The position numbers and the translations under genes were made by a program. The notes under the pieces are model-generated. The model worked only from the letters and a program-made list of their open reading frames with translations. It did not search any database and was not told the DNA's origin. Shown one piece after another: positions 26,212 to 33,548 of a DNA stretch of 36,577 bases; within the stretch, counting starts at the first letter, position 1; each line of letters begins with the position of its first letter. Source of the DNA: an uncultured Gammaproteobacteria bacterium (GTDB lineage Bacteria; Cyanobacteriota; Vampirovibrionia; LMEP-6097); NCBI GenBank assembly GCA_964420165.1, contig CAYQSL010000002.1, positions 1-36,577 of the forward strand, written 5' to 3'.

Positions 26212-26571
26212 ATGGCAAACGTATTAGTGGTAGATGATGCAAGTTTTATGAGAAAGAGAATGATCTCAGTTCTTGAAGAGCTTGGACATTCAGTTGCAGG
26301 CGAAGCAGAGAATGGTAAAGAAGCAATTGGCATGTATGTTAAATTAAAGCCAGATCTTGTTTTATTAGATATCACAATGCCAGAAGTTAGCGGCAAAGAC
26401 GCTCTCAAACAAATTATCAAAATTGACAAAAATGCTAAAATTGTCATGTGTTCAGCACTTGGCTCAGAGCAAGTGATTGCAGAATGTATAGTAGCTGGTG
26501 CAAAAGCTTATATAGTGAAGCCTTACAACAAAGAAAAAGTTGATGAGACTATCAAAAAAATAATTGCTTAG
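26212..26571 (+). CDS. cheY: Chemotaxis response regulator CheY
   Basis: VLVVDDASFMRK, LVLLDITMPEVSG, MCSA, YIVKPY. 119 aa, single REC domain. Confidence 0.9.
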   Translation: MANVLVVDDASFMRKRMISVLEELGHSVAGEAENGKEAIGMYVKLKPDLVLLDITMPEVSGKDALKQIIKIDKNAKIVMCSALGSEQVIAECIVAGAKAYIVKPYNKEKVDETIKKIIA

Positions 26572-26934
26572 CTATTAATTTATTTTCTAATCCTCAAGAT
26601 ATTCATTCTTCAAGAGAATAATCAGTTTTGATTTTCTGTAATATAAACTCACTAATATTTATTTAAAATAATTAATAAAGCAAACTGATAAGGGAATATC
26701 TTTGAAAAAATTTTCGATATTGATTTAAGTCAATAAAAATTCAAAAGGTAGTTATTCATATTAACTCAAAATGATTCAAGCTTCTATATTTCAAAATTGA
26801 TTTAAGTCAACATGATAAGTTCGTATTACTAAAATAGTCCTTCAAAGGAATGACGTAATTTTTTATTTTCTCTGATATTTTTTTTTATAGAGTGGAATAG
26901 AATTCTAGGTGATACCCCGCATCAAGGAGAGAGA
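26572..26934. promoter_or_regulatory. Long AT-rich intergenic region upstream of the second MCP, with a repeated 15-nt motif
   Basis: attgatttaagtcaa occurs at 26719-26733 and 26796-26810 (core TTGA-N6-TCAA dyad). RBS aaggagagaga lies before ATG 26935. Confidence 0.4.
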
Positions 26935-28479
26935 ATGGATATACTGAATTTATTAGATCATAAGAAAAACTTAGAAGCACAAAACAAGCTTGCAGCACTT
27001 GATAAAGTACAGGCTGTGATTGAGTTTGACCCCCAAGGCATTATCATCATTGCTAATGAAAACTTTCAAAAAACATTAGGCTATAGCCAACAAGAAATTC
27101 AAGGTAAACACCACAGTATATTTGTTGAAAAAGAATACGCACAAAGTAATGACTATAGAGATTTTTGGACAGCCCTAGCTAGAGGTGAATCTCAATCAAG
27201 AAGATTCAAACGTATTACCAAAAATGGTGGTGAAATATGGATACAAGCTTCTTACAATCCATTAAAAGATCAAAATGGCAAAGTGTATAAAGTAATTAAA
27301 TTTGCAATTGATATTACTGAACTGGTAAAAACCGAGCAAGCTGCTACATTGCTTGCTGATGAAGGTGCAAGATTTAAACAGATGATAGACGGTATGCCAA
27401 TCAATGTTTTAATGGCAGACCTGAATGGAACTATTATCAGTGCAAATCCGGCATCAATTAAAACTTTGAAAACACTGGAAAGATTGTTACCGATTAAAGC
27501 AGAACAAATTGTTGGACAGTCTTATGATATTTTTCATAAGAACCCTGCTCATCAAAGAAAGATGTTAGCAACTGCAGCAAATCTTCCTCACCAAGCGGTT
27601 ATTGCAGTAGGTGAAGAAAAATTAGATCTGTTAATTAATCCTATTTATGATCAAAAAGGAGCTTATTCTGGTGCAATGCTTACTTGGTCTGTGGTTACAG
27701 AACAAATAAGAGTTAAAGATCAAGAAATAAGAGTCAAGAAAGAACTTGGTGAGACTATTACTACATTGAAATCTTCTTCACAGAACTTAGAACATACTTC
27801 GGAAGAATTAAGCTCAAGTGTAAATAGAATCGCTAGCAGTTCTAATGAAGTTCAGAACTATGTAAACAGCGTTAGTGTTGCTACAGAGGAAATGATCTCA
27901 AGTATTAGTGAAATTTCCAAGAACACGGATAAAGCTGCAAAAATGACTCAGGATGCAGTTACACAAATGGAGAGTACTGAGACTATCATTAAAAACTTAC
28001 AAGATCGTAGTGATGAAATTGCATCAATCTTGAAAGTTGTAACTGAGATTGCAAATCAAACAAACTTACTTGCATTGAACGCTACTATTGAAGCGGCTCG
28101 TGCAGGTGAAGCAGGTAAAGGCTTTGCGGTAGTTGCAAATGAAGTAAAAGAACTTGCTAATCGTACCGCTGAAGCAACCGGAGATATTGGCAATAAGATC
28201 TCTGCAATCCAAGCAGAATCTGCAAATGCACTTAGTTCTATTGGAGTAGCTTCTACATCAGTTAAAACCATCAATGAAGTTGCTGTAACTATAGCTGGTT
28301 CAGTAGAAGAGCAAACTGCTGTAACTTCTGAAATTGGTAAGAGCATGAGAAGTTCAACTGAAAGAGTAGCTGAAATGAGTTCTGATATTACTAGTGTTGC
28401 AGATTTAGTGAAGAGTAATGTTGACAGAACTCTTGAAATCAATGATGTAACTGTCAAACTTGTTTCGCTAACGAACTAA
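26935..28479 (+). CDS. Soluble methyl-accepting chemotaxis protein with two N-terminal PAS-like domains (paralog of 19142..20596)
   Basis: [37 protein letters not shown]-terminal domains are collinear with the other MCP. No TM segment. Confidence 0.9.
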   Translation: MDILNLLDHKKNLEAQNKLAALDKVQAVIEFDPQGIIIIANENFQKTLGYSQQEIQGKHHSIFVEKEYAQSNDYRDFWTALARGESQSRRFKRITKNGGEIWIQASYNPLKDQNGKVYKVIKFAIDITELVKTEQAATLLADEGARFKQMIDGMPINVLMADLNGTIISANPASIKTLKTLERLLPIKAEQIVGQSYDIFHKNPAHQRKMLATAANLPHQAVIAVGEEKLDLLINPIYDQKGAYSGAMLTWSVVTEQIRVKDQEIRVKKELGETITTLKSSSQNLEHTSEELSSSVNRIASSSNEVQNYVNSVSVATEEMISSISEISKNTDKAAKMTQDAVTQMESTETIIKNLQDRSDEIASILKVVTEIANQTNLLALNATIEAARAGEAGKGFAVVANEVKELANRTAEATGDIGNKISAIQAESANALSSIGVASTSVKTINEVAVTIAGSVEEQTAVTSEIGKSMRSSTERVAEMSSDITSVADLVKSNVDRTLEINDVTVKLVSLTN

Positions 28480-28508
28480 TTAGATTGAATAACAATTCCC
28501 CCCAAGGT

Positions 28509-28537
28509 AAAAGGCTCATATTAATGAGCCTTTTTTT
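28509..28537 (+). terminator. Rho-independent terminator after the MCP gene
   Basis: Stem aggctcat (28512-28519) / atgagcct (28524-28531), loop atta, followed by a T7 run. Confidence 0.8.
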
Positions 28538-28597
28538 ATGGAAGCTAGAAATCACCTATATAATGTACTTGTTACGAGGAATAATATTTAAGCATCC

Positions 28598-29578
28598 ATG
28601 CCAATTAACCCAGAACATCAAAAAAAGATACAAACTCTCGGCGAAATTATCGCGATAGAAGCAAGTAACAAACTCGCTTTTTTACTAAATAAAAAAGCTA
28701 AGGTTACTTTTAAACAAGTTACTAATACTAATGTCATAGAAGGCAAATTTATTATTAAAACCAATTGCTTCCTTTTAACTTCAAGTTTTGAGAATGAGGT
28801 GCTTGGCTCTAGTAACATTCTTTTCAATAATCAATTAGTGCAATGTGTCGCTGATTTAGTCATGGGCGGAGAAGGCAGCGCAGATGAAAATGTTCAGCCT
28901 GATGAAATGAACCAAGGCGTTTTTGAAAATAGCGCAGCATCTTTAGTTGACGCAATCATTACACGTTTAAATAGTCTAAAAGAAGATCTTCAACTTAAAG
29001 TCAAAGAGCATAAACAAAGACAATTATCCAAAAATAAATCTGCCACTCTTGGGATTCCTAAAGATCTCCAAGATCCAGTAGTTATAAGATTTGATGTGAA
29101 TATTCCAGGCAGAGTTAATGTAACTATTGATGTTGAACTTGGATCTGATTTAGTTAATCATGTTACTGAATCCTTAATTGAAGTTTTAGATACCTTTGAT
29201 CTTCAAGAATTTGAAACAAAAGTTCGAACAGAATATTTCGGAGATGAAGCTCCGAAAGAGGAAGAAGAACAAGCTCCAGTAATAGAAGAGCATGACGTAG
29301 ATAAAGAAATTAATGAACTGAGAAATTTTGGCTTTCTTACAGATATTAATTTAGATCTTATTGTAGAACTTGGTAGAGTACAAATGGCAATGAAAGATGT
29401 TTTAAAACTTGGCAAAGGCTCTGCAATTGAGCTTGATAGAACTACTAATCAACCAGTAGATTTGTACGTGCACAACCAGCTTGTAGCCAAAGGAGAAATC
29501 GTTGCTGTAGATGACTGCTTTGGTCTTAAAGTTACCGAGATTTTAGGCAAATTAGATTTAAGTACTACATTTAAGTAA
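28598..29578 (+). CDS. FliY/FliN-family flagellar switch protein (degenerate CheC-like N-domain + SpoA/FliN C-domain)
   Basis: The C-terminal LDLIVELGRVQMAMKDVLKLGKGSAIELDRTTNQPVDLYVHNQLVAKGEIVAVDDCFGLKVTEI is a FliN/SpoA domain. N-terminal LGEIIAIEASNKLAFLL is CheC/FliM-like, but the phosphatase signature is incomplete. No N-terminal LSQxEIDALL peptide. Confidence 0.7.
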   Translation: MPINPEHQKKIQTLGEIIAIEASNKLAFLLNKKAKVTFKQVTNTNVIEGKFIIKTNCFLLTSSFENEVLGSSNILFNNQLVQCVADLVMGGEGSADENVQPDEMNQGVFENSAASLVDAIITRLNSLKEDLQLKVKEHKQRQLSKNKSATLGIPKDLQDPVVIRFDVNIPGRVNVTIDVELGSDLVNHVTESLIEVLDTFDLQEFETKVRTEYFGDEAPKEEEEQAPVIEEHDVDKEINELRNFGFLTDINLDLIVELGRVQMAMKDVLKLGKGSAIELDRTTNQPVDLYVHNQLVAKGEIVAVDDCFGLKVTEILGKLDLSTTFK

Positions 29579-29610
29579 ACTAGCTTTTTATTAGATACAA
29601 TAAGTACCTA

Positions 29611-30393
29611 ATGAATCTCTCTTACTTACTTATATCTGGACCAGATTCTGAAAGCTTTCTACAAAGGCAAACTTCAAATGAAGTTACTAAGCTTAATTCA
29701 GATGAAGGTATTTATACTGCCTTCTTAGATCCAAAAGGCAAGATTAAAGCTCTGACTTATCTAATCAAAAAATCGAATCAAGAATTTTATTTAATTACTA
29801 AAAACGCCGAGCAAACTAAAAATCATTTAGAGAAGTTTGTGATTACTGAGGATGTAGTTATTAGTAGTGTGGATTGCTTCGCTCCGCTCGCAATGACGGA
29901 TGATGTTCTCCTGGAAGACTTCACAGAAGAAGATACTCTCATTAAACTTGATCTTATAGAAAAATATGTGAGCTTCACTAAAGGCTGCTTCCCAGGTCAA
30001 GAAGTGCTTTCTAAGTTCAAGAATATTGGCATGCGTAAACGTGAAGAGCGCTCACAGAATTATACTGAAGAAGCTTTAGAAGTTTTTGCACGCGCTCAAG
30101 AAGCTAATCAAAGTGAAGCTTATGATCAAGCAATCGAATTATTACGCAAGGCTCTAACAGAAAATCCCAAAAATGAAGATGCTTATGAGTCACTTGGGGT
30201 GATACTTGCAAAGCAAGGCAAAATTACAGATGCAATTAAAGTTATGCATCAACTAGAAATGATTAATCCAAATTCAATCATGGCGCAGACTAATTTATCT
30301 ATCTTCTATATGAAGCTTGGTGACAAGGAAACAGCTGAAGAGCATAAAGCTAAAGGTACTATTTTGCAATTCGATGCTGCGCTGAAGAAGTAG
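29611..30393 (+). CDS. Shortened YgfZ/GcvT-like folate-binding domain fused to TPR repeats
   Basis: LLISGPDSESFLQRQTSNEV and the signature-like SFTKGCFPGQEVLSKFKNIG (KGC[YF]xGQE). The C-terminal ~110 aa carry TPR-like repeats (AYDQAIELLRKALTENPKNEDAYESLGVILAKQGK...). Confidence 0.6.
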   Translation: MNLSYLLISGPDSESFLQRQTSNEVTKLNSDEGIYTAFLDPKGKIKALTYLIKKSNQEFYLITKNAEQTKNHLEKFVITEDVVISSVDCFAPLAMTDDVLLEDFTEEDTLIKLDLIEKYVSFTKGCFPGQEVLSKFKNIGMRKREERSQNYTEEALEVFARAQEANQSEAYDQAIELLRKALTENPKNEDAYESLGVILAKQGKITDAIKVMHQLEMINPNSIMAQTNLSIFYMKLGDKETAEEHKAKGTILQFDAALKK

Positions 30394-30931
30394 CTAATGA
30401 TAGCGATGGAGCAGCGCGTCTTCTAGACCCCATAGCTGTAGGAATATGCCAGAAGCGCTGAACCATACGTTTGGACTCCGATTCTTGAACCTCATCTTCT
30501 ACATTATTTAATTCAAGTAATTGAATTGCATCTGGCTTAACTAGTTCTATAAATTTTTCTGTAAGCCTTTCACCGTAACCATCATAGAAAGTGTATCTTG
30601 GAGGATGATGTCCTTGAGCATTCTGAGCTTGGTAATATGCATTCTGTAGAGTTGTTGCTTTTTGAATCAATGCTGGTAAATCTTTAATTTGATCATAGAG
30701 GTAATTACCAAGCTCACTATTTCTCTTAATTTCATGACCAATCATATTTCCTAAGATCATTTCTTTTGGTCTTAAAGTATTTTCAGTATGTCTAAGTTCC
30801 TCTCCTAAATAATCTAAATCAGGCCAACCATGATCAAAACTTGCAATTGCTTTATGCAAAAAATCTTCAAGCGTCACTCTAAAGCTATGTATAGTCCTTC
30901 TTACTGGAGCTTCCTCTAATTCTTTTTGCAA
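30359..30931 (-). CDS. Hypothetical protein (190 aa)
   Basis: Only substantial ORF in 30.4-31.0 kb. TTG start. Its 3' end overlaps the convergent TPR gene by 35 nt. No recognised domain. Confidence 0.5.
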   Translation of the reverse strand: MQKELEEAPVRRTIHSFRVTLEDFLHKAIASFDHGWPDLDYLGEELRHTENTLRPKEMILGNMIGHEIKRNSELGNYLYDQIKDLPALIQKATTLQNAYYQAQNAQGHHPPRYTFYDGYGERLTEKFIELVKPDAIQLLELNNVEDEVQESESKRMVQRFWHIPTAMGSRRRAAPSLSLATSSAQHRIAK

Positions 30932-31199
30932 TTGCAGTTCAGCTTCTGCTCTTAAGTTTGCCCGCTTGGGACAATCGGGGGTAAGAGTTTTCTCTTCTAT
31001 GGCTTAAACGTCCTTGTATCAGCATGTTTATATTTTTTGAATAATTTTCAGTAGCTAGTCAATTCTAAAGCAAAGCTTACGAAGGGAAAATATATTTACT
31101 GAATATTTTCACTCAGTATCAAAATAAATCTTATTTAATAACGTCCAAAGAACTTCATATTCCTGTTACCTTTTATAAAGTTTTTCTTTTCAAGCCCGG

Positions 31200-33548
31200 A
31201 TGAAAACCAGCCCTACTACATTTTATAGAACTAATTTTTTCGGCCCTTTTGCGGCGATCTTACTTGCTGCCAGTCAAATTCAAGGGCAAGTAAAACAAGA
31301 TTTACCAGCACCACCCCCACTTCCAAATGGCATATATGACATAACGCCAGAGATCCACAAAGCGACCCCCTCACCTGAAGAAAAAAAGAAAATTGAAAGC
31401 GAGATACAAGAAATTTTCTATCAAATATTTGAAAAAAAATTAGACGGGAAAATCCTTTACGATTTATATAAGGCACTTGAACGTAAAGTAGATTCAGTCA
31501 GAGGGAGAATAGATCCTCAAACATATTTACCAGATTTTAGCGAAGAATTTAACAAGAAACAATGTATCTCTGTAACAGATTTTAAAAGCGAATTAAATAA
31601 AGTAACCACAAAACTATCAAATAAAGCAAATTTAGAAACTACACTTGAAGCTATTGATAGCTATCGTGAATTATGCAACAAGGACCTTAATCGCAGATTC
31701 CGGGAACTCTGCTTACAAATCCCGTTTGATGCATATTCCGATGATTTTAGAATCGCGCATGAGGCTTTCCAAAAGAAAATCTCCGAAGCGATAATTACTG
31801 AATTCGACTCTCTACAAAACTATCAAAAATTAGATACTCAATATCTAAAAAAAATTAGGAAGTTGAGCAATCATCTAGCAGAGCTTCATAGTGTTGGGCA
31901 TGAGCACGTAACAAGCACCTTATTTAATTATTTATCTAGCAGCCAGAAAATTATAGATTTCTCAAAAAAATATAGAGTTTTAAATTCTTTCCCTGAAGTT
32001 AATGTATTCTTCAAAGAAAAGATTTTACCAAAATTTAGCGACGCAAAGGCAGTCCTAGACGGCAATAAAGCAGAACTGGAAAAATCAACACAATATATTG
32101 GCTCAATTATTTTACGTTTAAATTCCATATTAAATAGTTCAAATAGTTCTGAATCTAAAGATTTATTTTTTAAAGATCTAAACTCAGAAATTGTTAATTT
32201 CCACATCAAAACCATTTTGACAAACGATGAAAAAACACAAAAAGATTCACTAGAGAATCTTAAGAAGCAATTAGATTGCCTTATCGACGAACTGAGCTCT
32301 CGAGCAGAACTCAACCAAGTTGAAATTCCAATTGAGCTCTACAGCCTACTAAAACTTAACCCTAAAACTGAACAAAAAGAGATTTACTACCAACTACTGA
32401 CTCTTGCAAGTAAGTCCCCAGAAATCAAAATAGATCCATCCTTATTGAGACAGGCTCAAAATGATCTTACTGAAGTAATCCAAGGCAATGCGGACACTAA
32501 AACCAAACTCCAACTAAAGAATTTCCTTGCAAACTTTCTAGTAGCCGATCTTAAAGCTAATAACTTTGATCAAAAGTTTCAAAGCTATTTATCCCAGGCA
32601 AAAATTAACTTTCACAAAAATACTCAAACTTATATTCCAAATTTTTCCAATACTTCAACTGTGTTACTTGATTTACTAGAAACAGTAGGCAACCCCAGCT
32701 TACTTACTGATTTACCAAGACACTCTAATCCAGTCATAGCAAGCAATTTCAAGATTCCTAAAAATGAAAAACCAAACATCAAACATCTTCAAGCTTTCAA
32801 CCAAAGATACATAAACAGTTGGAAATTTTTTGAAGGAGTTGTTTTTACAGCTCAACAGCTCTCAAAACAAGGGGAGAAACTCGATCCATACCGTCGACGT
32901 GATGGAACTAAACTTGCAGAACAATTAAGTAAAAATCTAGCTAGTCTCAGACATGAGATTTATTCTAAATTTAGCCTTGAAGAAAGACCTCATGCCGAAT
33001 TCCATCAAATTGCAGATGCTTATATACATGGTATAAGTTTCGGAAACTTTCTAGAGAACCAAGCTTATCTTCCTCTTAGCCCAACTAGCCAAGATGAGGA
33101 ATTTGATGATGATTGTATGCCTCATAGTCCAAATTTTGTTTCTAATAAAATTAATTTCTATCGCAATACGTCAGCAAAAAAATATCGTACAGAAGATGAG
33201 CCCTATACTTTTCCACCAATCATAGAGTTGCGCTCTAGACTTCCCTTAGAGTTTAGTGGTAAAGCACCTTCTACATTAGATACACAATTAACGAAAGGAG
33301 ATCAAGCTTTCATTTTAGGTGCAGTTTCGGTACTGCCAGATTTTAATACCGCACAAATAAACCTGACCAAACGCTTACAAGACCGTTATGCTCAAGTGAT
33401 TAAAATAAAGTATCCATATACTAGTCATATTCTTCTAGGTGAAAGCTTTCGTGATTTCTTTGTAAATAGCGCAATTCAATCAATAAAGAAAGAGAACCCT
33501 GATATTCCATTGGAATTATATGGCAGTTCAGTAGAGAAAATTAAATGA
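31200..33548 (+). CDS. Large secreted protein of unknown function, paralog A (782 aa)
   Basis: Signal-like N-terminus ending AASQIQG/Q, then LPAPPPLPNG. Collinear similarity to the next ORF along its length. Confidence 0.75.
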   Translation: MKTSPTTFYRTNFFGPFAAILLAASQIQGQVKQDLPAPPPLPNGIYDITPEIHKATPSPEEKKKIESEIQEIFYQIFEKKLDGKILYDLYKALERKVDSVRGRIDPQTYLPDFSEEFNKKQCISVTDFKSELNKVTTKLSNKANLETTLEAIDSYRELCNKDLNRRFRELCLQIPFDAYSDDFRIAHEAFQKKISEAIITEFDSLQNYQKLDTQYLKKIRKLSNHLAELHSVGHEHVTSTLFNYLSSSQKIIDFSKKYRVLNSFPEVNVFFKEKILPKFSDAKAVLDGNKAELEKSTQYIGSIILRLNSILNSSNSSESKDLFFKDLNSEIVNFHIKTILTNDEKTQKDSLENLKKQLDCLIDELSSRAELNQVEIPIELYSLLKLNPKTEQKEIYYQLLTLASKSPEIKIDPSLLRQAQNDLTEVIQGNADTKTKLQLKNFLANFLVADLKANNFDQKFQSYLSQAKINFHKNTQTYIPNFSNTSTVLLDLLETVGNPSLLTDLPRHSNPVIASNFKIPKNEKPNIKHLQAFNQRYINSWKFFEGVVFTAQQLSKQGEKLDPYRRRDGTKLAEQLSKNLASLRHEIYSKFSLEERPHAEFHQIADAYIHGISFGNFLENQAYLPLSPTSQDEEFDDDCMPHSPNFVSNKINFYRNTSAKKYRTEDEPYTFPPIIELRSRLPLEFSGKAPSTLDTQLTKGDQAFILGAVSVLPDFNTAQINLTKRLQDRYAQVIKIKYPYTSHILLGESFRDFFVNSAIQSIKKENPDIPLELYGSSVEKIK

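Noticed and set aside
26572-26640. Terminator after cheY (attctt-caa-gagaat hairpin)
   Set aside because: The stem is only 6 bp, includes a G-U pair and is almost entirely A/U, and the following T-run is interrupted. It is too weak to call.
26719-26810. CRISPR array or other multi-copy repeat array in the long intergenic region
   Set aside because: There are only two copies of a 15-nt motif with a 62-nt spacer, no further periodic copies, and no cas genes.
26690-26934. Sigma-28 (FliA) type promoter (TAAA-N15-GCCGATAA) upstream of the MCP and che genes
   Set aside because: The only CGATA-like element (ttcgatat, 26713-26720) has no TAAA at the required spacing. I could not place a convincing match in 25458-25607 either.
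1069-28827. Antisense or embedded ORFs of 60-161 aa in the track. Examples: 1069..1269, 3178..3420, 4761..4943, 5041..5301, 8771..9040, 9136..9324, 9684..9878, 11198..11542, 14394..14594, 16336..16713, 18601..19086, 19129..19335, 19879..20070, 21571..21840, 22666..22875, 24279..25006, 25342..25786, 26160..26447, 28056..28457, 28618..28827, 29203..29415, 31231..31476, 31928..32314, 35719..35916
   Set aside because: Each lies fully or largely inside a longer ORF on the other strand or frame that has clear family motifs or paralog support. Their translations are low-complexity (Ser/Leu/Ile/Phe-rich), as expected for antisense frames of AT-rich genes.
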